DNA of 64,000 nucleotides. It comes from Paragordius varius (lineage: Eukaryota; Animalia; Nematomorpha). This document shows positions 11,779-24,954 of the stretch, in pieces. A model generated the notes under the pieces. It was not told the DNA's origin and did not search any database. It saw only the letters and a list, made by a program, of their open reading frames with translations. Numbering within the stretch: the stretch's first letter is position 1; every line of letters begins with the position of its first letter. The translations under genes were made by a program, and so were the position numbers. Location of the stretch: assembly GCA_964247055.1 (NCBI GenBank), contig OZ176051.1:12958001-13022000 (forward strand), in the 5' to 3' direction.

Positions 11779-12349
11779 CACTTGGATACAACACATTCAT
11801 TTTAGTCCTTCGATTTAAATTGGGGTAGTTAAATACCCCAGGCCTGTTTATTAAATTCTTTAAAAAATATGGAAGGAATCGAAACCATGGCAAAGCTTTG
11901 CACTTATATAACATTGATAAACCGAAATACATAAAAAATTTTATCCAAAAATACTTGATATTACTTATTTTAAGCTCAAACCCAAATATAAAAATTTGGT
12001 CAGCGTGGCATGTGTGCAATGGTAAAAAAAATAATACAAAATAAACCGCTTTTTCTATTTCCATCAATGTTAGATATAATTTAAATAAAAAATTAACTTT
12101 AATTTTACCCTTAAAATGAAATGAATACGATATTTTGCAATTTTGTAAAATAAAAATGGCGTCGAAACTGTTTGACAACATGGACCTTTTTTTCCACACA
12201 AAATTTTAATTAATATTTTGGCATATTTATATAATTTTTTTAGGATAATAGCATAAATTAAATTGGGACCGTTTCCTTCAGTAGTTTTTTACAAATCCTA
12301 ACTTAAATTTAGTCTGGGGTATTTAGATACCCCAATTTGAATCGATGTG
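11779..12349. mobile_element. piggyBac-like element family P, copy 4 (opposite orientation)
   Basis: TTAA|CACTTGGATACAACAC...CCCAATTTGAATCGATGTG|GTAA; 571 bp, reverse complement of copy 1. Confidence 0.8.
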
Positions 12350-13842
12350 GTAAAATAAACCCAAAATTCCGCATTCGCACAATAATCATAACTAGATGCT
12401 AATTTTGACTTAAAAAATATTTATGAAGCACAATTTTACAAAAATATAATTTAGTATTTTTGATCTTTTATAGCCATTATGTAATAATTTACAGTTATAA
12501 CTATGCATTTTAGTATCCACTAGGTAAAATATTTATGATAATAATATTTATTATAAAAGCAAACCAAAAGCTTTTTTAAACATTTTTTTTTAAATTAAAT
12601 ACTAAAATAACCCTAATAACTATATTAAAATAATTTATATGATTTTCAAATTAGCTTGTCTGTGACTTATTTAAGGATTGAAAATTTCGACCATTTAAAT
12701 CCAAATAACTTTTACATCCGATTGATTTAAGTAACTTACTACCATTTAAAAGATGCAGTTTTTTGCGCTCTTTCGAATGATATAAAATACATGGCTTCAT
12801 ATCTAAAACTTTTAAATTTCGAAATTTCGAGTTTAATGTTAAATCGGGGCCAAAAATTATCGATAAACTCTAATATAAAAAAATTTTTGCATGCTAGACC
12901 AATTTTTTTTTCAGATACAGTAGTTATGTACTTTAATGAAATAAATTTTAAATTTACAAGAATGGCAGTTAAAAAAAGTTAAAATTTGTTATCTAGTGTA
13001 ATCAATATTAAAATTATCGAAACCAAATCAAAGTTTAAATTTTTCTCTCATATTTATTTCTAGGCAATCCTTAACACTTTATCCCCTTTTCGAGTAATTT
13101 TACAATACGCTTTCTCAAGCCTTTTAGACCCATGATTTTTTAAAAATGTAAAATTGTAAAAAATTCTCATCTCAAAATTTTTCGCCGCCCATTTCTTTTT
13201 TATATCAGTAATACATAAAGTGTTATAGAAAAACATTAATAATCGACATTGAAAAACTTTCAAATCACAATTTACCGGAAAAATCCCTATATTTTTTGAT
13301 ATTTCAGCTGTTTGTTTCAATCGTGTTTTAGATTTATATCGGTATAGAATCAAAAACTTTAAATTTCGAGGTTTTTTTATCCAATACAGAAAAAGAGAGG
13401 TTGATAATTAAATTTAGCCAAAACAACTTTCACATTAACTTAATTCTTAGAGGCACAAAACTGTCCCAAAATGTTATCGCTTACAAACTGAAGATGTTGG
13501 AAATGTTAAATAAAAAATTAACCTATTTAGGGACAATTCAGGGTCATGAAAATGCACCTTTAGGTCTGCTGTTAGATTATCTTCATTCCAAAAACCATCA
13601 TTACATTATATCAAACTATATTTAAAAAGTTAAACAATGTTTATATTCGTCAAGAAATGTTAGACGTAGCCTTCAAAGTTAGAAAATTTCGGACTCTACT
13701 AAAATAGGCTAGTCTTTTTCCATTTTAATTATGTGATAATTTAAACTTCAGAAAAGTTTTATATGGATATTTTCTTAAAAATTAATTTATGGCAAAATTT
13801 TGGGGAAACGGTACATGGTGAAAACGGTTAAAAACATAATAA

Positions 13843-14303
13843 CATTTGGATACACATTAATGTCCTTTGATTCAAACATAACCAAAAGTTTTAATGAAAT
13901 AAAACCATTTGATGAACCAAAAAATAAAATTCATGAAAATATTTATTAATTTTATGGATGAGGTTTTAAATTTAGCCAACATGACATGTGTTCATTAGTA
14001 AATACAAAAATCATGCAAAATGAACAACTTTTTTGTTTATACTGTTATCAAAGAAATTAATTTTAATTTTAGCGTTAGAAACATAAAAGATGGATGGATG
14101 TTTTGCAAAAATGTTTTAAAAATAAAATTACGTCGTAGTAGTTTGATACAGAGTATTTTAATCAAGAATAAAATATTTTAGCTGATTTAATAATTTTTAT
14201 TAACATAAAAGCATAAATTTGAACCGTTTCTTTTATTAGATATTAATACTATTTATTTATCTATCGTCTGGGATCACTAGCTACCCCAATTTAAAACAAT
14301 GTG
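13843..14303. mobile_element. piggyBac-like element family P, degenerate copy 5
   Basis: CATTTGGATACAC..TGTCCTTTGATTCAAA ... CTACCCCAATTTAAAACAATGTG|TTAA; diverged and internally deleted. Confidence 0.55.
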
Positions 14304-16372
14304 TTAAAATATTGTAAAAATGCTTTTTTTATGTAATCTGAAACTAAACATTATCACTTAAGATTTATAATATAAAATTTTCTTAATTTACAAATATCGA
14401 TTTTTTGCAAAACATTTTTTATGTTAAAATTTAGCACATGTTTAACATTTTAACGCAAAAATACCAGGAGATTTGTTATTCTTGCCAATTTTAGACGGGT
14501 CAAAAATTTGAGATCTTGGCCACAAATAAGTTAATTAAATATATAAAAGTTTTTCAAATATATTTTTGAGATATTTTAGTAATATTTTTTTAATGAACAT
14601 TTAGCTTTCAACCATAAAATTTAATTTAACGGAATATGCGTAATTTTTGTCATTTTTTGATATGAAGCTGTTGCCACCAAAGTGGTAAAAAGTTATTATA
14701 TCAGTCTCCAAAATGACCATAAGAATTTATATTTATCTTTCATAATATATTTATTTCATCGGAATATTTTTGTGTACCCGGTTTTTATTAACACTTCATT
14801 ACGGTTTAAAGTTATATACCGCATATAACCATTACTTAAACAATATTTTTAATTAGCCAAATTTTAAATATGATTTCTACATTTATGCGCATGATAGAAA
14901 CTTTTTTAAAAAATGTGAAAATGTAATACTCACTCAAACTGTTCTCCGCCATTTTTTTTCTCTTGTATATAAAAAGTTAAAAAATATATATCATCTGTTT
15001 GCTTCGGTGTTTTGGAGTCTTAGAATTCGGAACTAAGAAGTTATTAAACAACAAATATTCAATGTTTTTTTATCTAATACAGGATGATAAGGTTTGATAA
15101 CTAAATATAAAAAAAAATTTACAAACATTAGTTTGTTTACTACTTTAAGCTAGGGTATAGAAAACTACCCCCAAAATATCACTGTGTAAAAACTATAATA
15201 CGAAAAAAAAGTTTTTTTGCTAATTTAGAATCGGAAGGCCAAAGTTTCTAATATCCTAAATTATTTTACTACAATGTTTACAACAGCAATAATTTTAGAA
15301 TTTTACCATATAATCCGCATAATTTATCTTAGAGAAATTATAATTGCAAACGAATTTCAGTTTGAACAAATATTTATCTGGTGTTATATATCTTCATTAT
15401 AGACTTTACATTCAACAATTTGAGGAAGATAAATTGAAAAATGAGATGGCGAAAGCTAACTTTTAGAAATTCCCACTTCATTAACTCTTATTATTATTAC
15501 TGCAAAAAAATATCAATGACATAAAATGGATGACAGTGTGAGACACATTTTTTTATGGTTTTGTGGTTGGATTTATTTTTAATTTCTCGTCTCTCACTAT
15601 TTTCCTTACTTTCCTATATTCCTCATTCTATATATTATCAATAATTTTATGGATTATTTTAGGAAAAAGAATGTATTATAAAACCATCCTTAATTTGCAG
15701 TTACTTTCAGGTCAAAAGTTATAGTTGACCTTAATTTCTTAACTTTTTTTTCTCCTATTACATATATGATCCTAATTAATATGCCATAAAAAATGATTTG
15801 TTATGGCGCACATAATGCTAAAATTATTTGCCTCATGGATCCATATAAATATGATAATATATGAAGGGATTAGCTAAATATTCCCTTATATTAATACCGA
15901 AATTCAAGCAAAAAAGTGTGATCTGAATTTCCCAAATCAAAATTTTCCAAGAATAAAAAAATAACCATTTATTTCATTTAAATATATTATAGTAGAGTAT
16001 TAATTTTATAAATATCATGTCATGTTATAAATAATTTTTTGGTATAATATTTTAGATTGGATATAAAATTATTGATTTATATATATGATACTATGTTATA
16101 GGGATAACACAAATGTTCAGGGTTAGGATTAAAATGTGAATCACAGTTAATATATATATATGTTTGATGTATGATTTAACTGTAGTTAGTTATGCTATTT
16201 GGTGAAATAATCATATCATTCATAACACCTTAAAGTTTAATGGATTAGTAAGTAATGTCATATCAGTATTTTTGTGCTTTTATTATTAAGGGTATGAGAT
16301 GACAATGGTGTCTTTTTGCTTCACGCATTATTTATCAGTTTATGTTTATATATCATTTTAGTGATTGAAATG

Positions 16373-18406
16373 TTAAATTTTGTATATTTTAGCACTGCAT
16401 GTTTCAAGGAGCTTAGCATCGTATTGTTGAAGACTTAATGCTAAATTATTATTTATATCATGGACATGGTTAAAAATTTTGCCATCTTCTATCGAGTTTT
16501 TTTCACCTGTGTCCAATATTTCATTTAATTTAATAAGGGCAGTATCATCATTATTTTCATGTGCGCTGTTTTTTATCTGTAAGGTTTTCGGTAAATTCGT
16601 GTCTGCTAAAGTTTTATTCCCGGAATCCTGGGTAGAGTTCAACTTCTCAAAGCGTTGTGAGTCAACTTTACTATCATCACCTGCATGTTTGGAATGATTT
16701 TCCTTGTCAAGCATTGATGATGAATTCGTTACCACCATGTCAGAATTAATGATTGGGTCCTCTAAGCCCTCATCTGAAAAGGATATTATGGGTATATCCA
16801 TTTTCTTTGGCTTTGATAGTTTATGTGAATCAAGAAATGAAGTTTGCTGATTGATTTTTGAGGAGGATGGAATTAATAGCGAGATAGAATGTGGTGAAGG
16901 GAAGCTAAAATTTTGATTAGACGGTGCAGGTTTATTACTTTTGGATTTAGGGATCATATGAAAACCACTGGTTGTAGTTGTTAGAGAAACAGATTCTGAA
17001 TCATCTCCCATTGTTTGAGCGTGTTGTTTTCTTGATATTTTTCTTGAAAGCTTAAGCAATGGATCCAATAATGAGTGTTTCTTAGATATGCTATTTAATT
17101 TTGGCCGATTTTGTTTCTGCTCAAACTTACTGTCAATAAAACTATCATTTTCGTTTGGATAAGTCTGGGCATCGATAGTCAAATTTGGAGAAAAGGATAA
17201 ATTATCTGGTGCCCCATTAAGCAAAGCTTTTGCTGAATTATCGCCTCTGAGTGTTTCATTATTATGCTGATTTTTCTTCTCACTGTATTGACTATTGAAT
17301 GAACCCTTTTTACATAATTTACCCTGTGTATATTCACTCTTATTACCAAGGTCATGAGTTTCGTGGCCTTTTTTGCGACATACGTTCGGAATTAAAGCGA
17401 GGAATTCCGCTTGAAAATTAGGATTAAACCAAGCATAAATTATAGGATTGTGACATATCGAGCTCATTGCTAGCAGGTGAGATATAAAAAATACCAAGGT
17501 GTAATACTTCCACCAAAGCAAGTGACTATTAAATTCAAAAAATACGATAACAAAATTCAACGGTAACCAACAAAGCGAAAAAAGCAATATCATAGTGTAC
17601 ATCATAATATTTATCCGTTTCTTGCGTTTCAAATCTTTGCGTTCCGAATTCTTCTGTTTCCCATGTATGTTTTGTTTGGCTTTGTGTGACATTTCGCGCG
17701 ATACCCGATGATACCAATACGTAATAGAGATGAGGGGTATGGTAAATTGCGCTAGGATATTAACAGAGCTGTAGGCTCGTCGCATAGGCACAGAAGGCCA
17801 ATTCTCTTCGCAATACAAATTGGAATCATCTGGGTACCGTGTGATATGTTGGAAAACGGCCAAGGGTGCAGATATCAGAGTTGAAACAATCCACATCCCA
17901 GCTATGCGATAAAGAGAGCCCGGTATACTCATACGTGTAGCAAATGGGAACAGTATGACCCGATATCGATCATACGCTATGAAAGTTAAAGTAAAAGTTG
18001 ACAAGTATATAGACATACATTGTGCCATACTCAAGATTCGACACATGAATGTTCCGAAAGGCCAACGGCCCATAAAGCTGTATAATGGCGTGAAGGGAAC
18101 GCACAACACTGTCATCATGATATCTGCCACAGCTAAGTTTGCTATGAAAATGTTTGTCACTATTTTACGGAGTCCCGGGTTCTGACAGACCACATAGATT
18201 ATCATGATATTACCAAACAGCCCAAACACAAAAATAAGGATATAAAGAATAGAGAATGTGTATTTGACCTCTTTGCGATTCATGACATCCACATAATTAG
18301 CGGTTATTGAGGTGTTTATTGTATTATTCAATAGATTTAAGGATGTCGAATTTAGGGTTGCTAATGTAATGGCTGATTGTGTAACAGAAGATAGGGTAGA
18401 ATTCAT
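16373..18406 (-). CDS. sNPF-R: Class A neuropeptide GPCR, short neuropeptide F / prolactin-releasing peptide receptor type, 677 aa, single coding exon
   Basis: Uninterrupted ORF with 7 hydrophobic segments, N-terminal N-glycosylation sequons, TM1 GN, TM2 NLAVAD, DRY, CWLP and NPIIY. Segments VPFTPLYSFMGRWPFG, YCEENWPS, RKKRIN.M and AMSSICHNPIIYAWFNPNF closely resemble insect sNPF receptors (comparison from memory). Confidence 0.9.
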   Translation of the reverse strand: MNSTLSSVTQSAITLATLNSTSLNLLNNTINTSITANYVDVMNRKEVKYTFSILYILIFVFGLFGNIMIIYVVCQNPGLRKIVTNIFIANLAVADIMMTVLCVPFTPLYSFMGRWPFGTFMCRILSMAQCMSIYLSTFTLTFIAYDRYRVILFPFATRMSIPGSLYRIAGMWIVSTLISAPLAVFQHITRYPDDSNLYCEENWPSVPMRRAYSSVNILAQFTIPLISITYWYHRVSREMSHKAKQNIHGKQKNSERKDLKRKKRINIMMYTMILLFSLCWLPLNFVIVFFEFNSHLLWWKYYTLVFFISHLLAMSSICHNPIIYAWFNPNFQAEFLALIPNVCRKKGHETHDLGNKSEYTQGKLCKKGSFNSQYSEKKNQHNNETLRGDNSAKALLNGAPDNLSFSPNLTIDAQTYPNENDSFIDSKFEQKQNRPKLNSISKKHSLLDPLLKLSRKISRKQHAQTMGDDSESVSLTTTTSGFHMIPKSKSNKPAPSNQNFSFPSPHSISLLIPSSSKINQQTSFLDSHKLSKPKKMDIPIISFSDEGLEDPIINSDMVVTNSSSMLDKENHSKHAGDDSKVDSQRFEKLNSTQDSGNKTLADTNLPKTLQIKNSAHENNDDTALIKLNEILDTGEKNSIEDGKIFNHVHDINNNLALSLQQYDAKLLETCSAKIYKI

Positions 18407-19101
18407 ATTTGTATATATGATATTTCTGGTATTTCCTATTCTAACCTACATATTTAATCATGTTTGCTACGGATATAATACCATAATTATTAATAATCGG
18501 ATATTACTATTAGTGTTTATGTGTCGGTGTTGGCAGGGTGTAGTGATAAAATATCCGTTTAAATGCACATTCAAATTATACGTAGCATAATGATGATACG
18601 GAGTTATTAATATTTATTGCATTTTCACGCTTGTTTCTTATATATGGATTATAATGGGATTCGTTAATCTAAACTTAATTGCAAACAAAAAGGTCATTAA
18701 TAAAATGATATTTATAACATTACATTGTTAATAACTGTATTGTTCCATTTGTTTAATATATATTAAATTTCTGATACCTGACTAAAAATTAGATTTTATA
18801 CAAATAAAGTCAATAAACGCAGGATCAGCTTCCAAAAATTTAATTAACCGCTTTAAAAAGCAATAGTCAAAAATTGGTTTTTTCAATTTTTAATTCGAAT
18901 TGAAATATACCGGCCTTCAAGATCCGAAAAAGGGCGTTGCATATAAAGTCTATAAACTTAAAACTGATATATTTAGTTATAATTACTTTATATAAATGGT
19001 TAAACTTTGGACTTTTATATAAGTGTTAATAAATTTGTGTTTAAATGAACACCTAGTATTTAAAGTAGAGAATCCAAACGGCAAAAATTAATTTTGAAAT
19101 A

Positions 19102-19294
19102 CAGTATGAGTAAGTATATATTGCTAGAAAGTGATTAATTATTGCCGAATAGCATATGCAACAAAGAGAATAGTTATGGCTAATAATAGTAAAAAGTGAA
19201 ACAAATAACTATAAGCCAATAATACTTCCCTTTGTTATATATGCTATTTGGCAATGATTAATAACTTTCTAGCAATATATACTTAGTCATTTTA
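19102..19294. mobile_element. TA-flanked hairpin MITE family B (Tc1/mariner-like ends), copy 1
   Basis: TA|CAGTATGAGTAAGTATATATTGCTAGAAAG ... CTTTCTAGCAATATATACTTAGTCAT; nearly the whole ~190 bp is one inverted repeat. Confidence 0.8.
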
Positions 19295-20656
19295 AGTAAC
19301 GCAATTTATTTGTAACAAGAATTAAAGGTGAAATCAAAAACATAGCGTTTTAAGCCAAACTCATTAAATTAAATTTTATAACCGCTTTATCCATAAAATC
19401 AGGATATAATGATTTAGAGTTTTAGTTATTTTTTTATAAGGCTTTAAGACAAATTTTTTCTGATTGACTGCTAATTTTGTGATTTATTACCTTTTATGAA
19501 ACATGACCCCCAGAATTTTCTAGATTTGCGAAAAGTTGGTAAGTTTCTTATGTACTAAAATTTAAAACAACATTTATCAAAAAATTTTATCTTTTGAAAA
19601 GTTTATAAATATAAATGACGCCTCTGAAATCCGTTTATTCGTTCAATTTAAAACTTATTTCGTTAATAAATTAATTATCGAAATTAAGTAAATTTTTAAG
19701 CGGTGTCCATGATTGAAAACATGAATTGACATTTGAGTTAATATTCCCTTTCAAAAAGCGTTGTTTAAATAAAGAGAAAACACTAAATTATCATTAAACA
19801 ACCTTGTAAAAATTACATTACCTCACATATTAAAAAGTTATTAATTGTATGGTGCTAAAAATTAGATAATAGATAGAAAATGAGTATTGTTATGGTGCTT
19901 ATAGCTATCCTACCAAGAATGTTATTTCCACTTTTGTGGTTTTTAATTAACAAATTATCTTACAGACAATAAATTTTTTTGGTTAAAATTTAAACTTTAT
20001 AATCATAAAATATATTTAAAAAGAAAAACAATATGCACATATAATTTTATTTTAGAAGTGGGCCCTAAAAGTCGTATTTTATGTGCCCCTAATCTTAAAT
20101 TAAAGAAAGTTAATTGTGTACATTAAAGTTACATTGCGGTTTTAAATAATATAAAATCTTTTTTTCAATATAATCTATCCTGCCAAAGATACACCTTAAC
20201 ATGATCGAAAACACTCGTCTACACTTAACAAATTGTTTTAATCCAATATTTACAAATGAAGAGTTGAAGCGATAATAATTTTCAGCAGCATCGTATGATA
20301 TAAAATAAGTGTTTTTATAATATTTTAATTTTAATTATATATTTTTTACTTGTTTCACAATACCATATGGGAAAGTCTCATTTAAAATGTTTTAATAGGT
20401 GTTTTAATTATACCGAAAAAATCTGGTATAAAGCAATTTAACTTCCATCATAAAGATTTAAATAACTATAAAAAAGACATAATCTCTGTTCCCTTTTATA
20501 TTATAGAATTACTGCTATCAAGACTTGTAAAAGCTTTAAAAGCCTCGCGATAGTGATGACAATTAACAATTATATGATTTCTCCATAAGTAAATCGGGGT
20601 GTAGAATAAATAACTTGATAAAATATATCTAATCTGATAGGAAAATGTATTAGAAT

Positions 20657-21657
20657 TATGATGGTGCCTGTGGTTTTGAGTGATATAAGAAAATTATACA
20701 CTTTTGTGGTAAGTGCTCCGTATCAGAAAATGGCAAAATTTGCGCACATGTCTTAAATAATTTTTTTTTGTGAAATTAATGCTTCATTTCGAAATATCAC
20801 TAAAATACACCATAAACTGCTTATAAAAAGGAATTTTTTTAAAAAAAGTTGATTTTGATGGCCCAAAAAGTCTTAAATTTTTTCGATCTTCTAAAATGGG
20901 CTAATAAACGCAAAAATGTCAGGATTATGGGATGGAATTTAAATATATACTTAATTTCGATAACAAAAAATGATTTTAAAATGCCTTTTAAGTTTTAATT
21001 TTTAAAGAGTTTTTTTAAAGTGTACTTCATAATTTTTTAAGGCATGATGGAAAGGGTATAAAAACGCATCTAAATATCATAAAAACACTTTTTCAATATA
21101 TGAGGATGCTGAATTCTATCCCTTCATAAAGATTTGTTTGCTTTCAATTGGTGATTTTGGAACACAATTTGCATTTGACATAAATTTGAAGACGAACGAA
21201 TATTTTAATTAAATGAGGTGATAGAAATGTTCTAAATCATTAAATTAGATAGAAAAAAGTGTTTTTATAATATCTAAGAGCGTTTTTAACCGTTTCCATC
21301 ATACCTCCAACTAGTATGAAGTACGCTTCTGCAAATTTTCATTAAATTTTTGAATGTGCAACTTTTGAAAATATTTTCAGTTTCAAATTTAGGTTATATT
21401 TAAATTTTTTATCGCCCATTCCGGCATTTTTGCATTTATTTTATAAAAACCAGTTCATTTTAGTAAAAATTTAAATTTTTTATAATTTTTTTATAGGTAG
21501 TTTATGATATATTTTAGTATTTTTATCATGAAGCAGTTAGGTTTCACCAAAACATTATATTCGCAAATTTTTCCATTATTTGATATGACCTACCACAAAA
21601 GTGTAAATAACCTTCTTATATTATTCATAAGGGCCAAATCTAAAAGTGCCATGATAA
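20657..21657. mobile_element. ~1-kb foldback element family F with long imperfect inverted arms
   Basis: 20657-20900 is inverted relative to 21400-21657. An inner pair, 21015-21100 vs 21245-21335, is also inverted. Confidence 0.6.
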
Positions 21658-22331
21658 TACATTATCCTATCAGAATATATATCTTTCTAGAGGTTATTTT
21701 TTTACAGTGCATATTGATTGCAATGGTACAGCATATATTTTGGTTATATTTTTCAATGTATATTAATATATAATGTAAATTTAGTTATAAATAAATAAGA
21801 GGGAAGAGCTATTTGAGAGTTTGTAATTAACTTTTCTATTCCTTAAATGTTCTTACTTAAACAATGGTAAAAGCTGCATAGAAACGATAGGTTTAGTTTT
21901 AACCCTTATAAATATTTTATGTTGTGGTCCATAATATCATATAGCGTGTGTTGTGATAATTAAACTAAAAGAAACTTTAAAATAGGCTTTTAGGCAAACA
22001 ATTATATTAAATCTCCAGTTTGTAAATGTTGACGACATTTGAATAATTAATGGCTAAATACAAGGTTACAAGAGTCCCCTTTTAAGTGTGGAAATTGAGT
22101 TATTTTTTGGATAAAGGCTAACTCGATACTAAATTGGCTAATATTTATAACTTATGTAATATTAAACGTCCACAAAGTTTGATTCACATATTTTAGAATT
22201 AATGCAGATAAACATTCCTTAGAAATACTATTTGTATAATCATATTAAGTTTAAATAAAACTTAAACTTTGTTTTGGACATGTTTACAAAATTTAAAAAT
22301 GTAATACACCGTCAAGTTTAGTGCTGATATG

Positions 22332-22612
22332 CCAATTACAATTCAAATTCAGCCTTGAACAATTCAAATTCACCCTTGAACAATTCAAATTCTCCCTAGA
22401 ACAATTCAAATTCACCCTAATATTATGTGTTTTCGAACTAATATAACTCAGTACTAATGTGAAATTGGCTTAATTTATTATTTTTTAGTATAATAATTTT
22501 AAACCAAATTCTTTTTTTAAAAATATATAAAAATATAGGTAATTTTTTTTACAAAACAAATAATTATTATAGGGTGTTTGAATTGTTCAAGGGTGATTTG
22601 AAGTTATAACTA
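22332..22612. mobile_element. MITE family D with tandem 21-bp subterminal repeats, copy 1
   Basis: About 4 tandem GAACAATTCAAATTCACCCTT-like units on the left and inverted GGGTG(A)TTTGAA units on the right. Homologous to 38544-38799, 45990-46271 and 54836-55140. Confidence 0.75.
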
Positions 22613-24672
22613 TATTTTGCCATCTAATTTTTCTCACATAAAACAATTCATTATGTTACTTCGGTTCTTTAAGTAAGTTACAATGGAATAAAGTAATTAT
22701 TTACTATGACATCATATATAAATCAATGATGATTCTTGCCAAAATTAAGAGAGGAAATTTTAAGCAATAGAGTTATAATTTACGAGAATTCATAATATCA
22801 ATGAATGCAATAGATTTTTGGGTCAACATAATTTTAAAAAGAATTAACAATCTCATCCCAATAAGCTGATAACTAATATAAAAAAGTTTTATAATTTTAT
22901 TACAAAATTTACTTATTTACTAACTTGCTTGTTTGCATACAGATTAGATTCTTAAAATAAAATGGCCATTTTTACACACATGGCAAAAAAATAAATTGCC
23001 ATGAAAACTATAAAACATCGTAAAGAAAGAACAGACTTAGCACATTAGAGATTCGTTTAACATTAACAATGAGAAAAATGCTTAAAGTTTAAATACAAGA
23101 GATTTCTTGCTAAATTACATTACATTATAATTGCTTTTTATTTTATCACCCAGTTAAGAAATAAAACAAATTTGAAGCATTTTACTATATAATTACGTTG
23201 CCATGTTGGACCAGTTTAAACCTAATGAAAAAATGATTATATCCATCACATAAAAAATGACTTTGCTAAAAATTTTGTGACAAACAACTAATATAAGCGC
23301 TAACAGATGTGCGAATTCCCTGCGGTAAATCAAAGAAAACCTAAATAAGACATTAGCGCGTTGAAAACGAATTTTATTTGTCTTATATTATACTAAAATA
23401 GAGTTTATTGGTAAAGAAATTTCCACAAAGTATCATTAGTTTTGAATTAGAAGCCATATAAATGAGGTGGGCAAGAGGCATTCTAAAAATGAGCACTCTC
23501 AAAGGGATATTACTCAAATGTCAAATAGGCTGTTTAAGTTGAAATGGGTTGTACACAGTTTTTGTAACTTTTAAATTTTTAAAACGATATAACCAAAATA
23601 TGAGATATGAATATAAAAAAAGTGTTTTTACGCCATCATAATCTTACAAACTAATTTGATTCTACTTAACGGCTTATTTGCATAGCCCTGAGTAAGCATA
23701 TATTCAAAAAATAACGAAAGACTCGTTATTAATATACAGACAAATTTACCTTTAATAGCGATTGAATAAAATAATCTCCAAAATTTATATTACAAAGAAT
23801 CAAAATAGAGGTCATTGATTGTTTTGGATATCACGTAAATTCGATTCAATATAGAATATCATTCAAACTTTTGGATAAAAAAAGTTAAAATTGTCACGAC
23901 AAATCTATATTTGTGCTGAAATAATTTATAAACTCTTCCATTTTTATTTAAAAATTTTGAGATTTAATAATATATAAATAAAGATATAAAAATAATTTTT
24001 GGTTAAAGATTAAAAAATTGATTTTTGACTAGGCAACGTATAATTGATTGATATCAGCAATAATATTTTTTTTGTTAACAAACGATGATTGCTAAAAAAA
24101 CCAAAAAACAATATTCAATATAAAGCAGAAAAAAGTATTCCTAAAATATTTATTATGTTGTTTTTTATTATATATTTACCTTTTAAAATTTCGAAAACTG
24201 TAATGTTAAATTCATCTTTTTCAAGTTAAATATATATGTTTTTGTTAAAATTGATTGTGGTTTCAAAAAAAAGATATTTTTAAAAGCCACACACAATGTA
24301 ATTTAATATGGCAAAACAGCATATGCAAATTTTCTACATTTTTTTCCAATAAAATTTTTTTATTATTGTTTAAAAATTTAAGTTATATTATATGTAAAAA
24401 GAAAAAAATACATTAGAATACAATTATATACCTATTATTATTGTTAACCAAAGTAAATTAATTTGGGCATGTAACAAAGGAAATTAAAAATAAATTTTAT
24501 TGTATTTAATAAATACACCGATACTCTTGGTGCCCCAATTACATATAACCTTGGAATACATAAAAAATTTGCGAATACGTGCATTCCACTTATTTTGGGC
24601 AAAAAATTTCATATTTATAAATGAATAAAAAAGCGTTTTATGCGTCAGAAAATATATGAAGTTTGGAATATA

Positions 24673-24954
24673 CAGTATGCATTTAATGGTTGCTTATTTC
24701 AGACGATAGTTGGAAATTCGAAACACAGTAGTGTATGGAAAAAACAACATAATGTTGAACAACCAATTATTTCTTTTCTTGCATTATTTTGTTTACAGCA
24801 TGCATATGCATATAGTTGGGCCATTCGCAACACAGTAGTGTACGAAAAAAACAACGAAATGTGCAATAAACAATTTTTTCCTTACTTTTTTCTATACACT
24901 ACTATGTTGCGAATTGCCCAACTATAGAATAAGTAACCATTAAAATGTACACTG
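24673..24954. mobile_element. TA-flanked hairpin MITE family C, copy with internal duplication
   Basis: TA|CAGTATGCATTTAATGG ... CCATTAAAATGTACACTG|TA. The left-arm block TAGTTGG..ATTCG.AACACAGTAGTGTA is present twice (~24708, ~24813). Confidence 0.75.

Noticed and set aside
11759-12199. 146-aa ORF and similar ORFs at 2370-2555, 4068-4250 and 34944-35138 sharing LYKCK..WFRFLPY
   Set aside because: They are translations of the same non-autonomous repeat. Frames and stops differ between copies, composition is F/I/K/Y-rich as expected for AT-rich noise, and no domain is recognisable.
12519-12998. CACTAG...CTAGTG-bounded segments here and at 29707-30219 as CACTA elements
   Set aside because: Only 6-7 bp of terminal match, no consistent target-site duplication, and weak internal similarity.
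16479-18590. ORFs 16479-16697, 17955-18185, 18312-18590 (+) and 17535-17717 (-)
   Set aside because: Antisense or alternate-frame by-products of the GPCR coding region.
22345-22420. 21-bp direct repeats (also at 46000-46075 and 54845-54905) resembling a CRISPR array or plasmid iterons
   Set aside because: Units are directly adjacent with no unique spacers, lie within TIR-bounded MITEs, and the DNA is intron-containing eukaryotic sequence with no cas genes.
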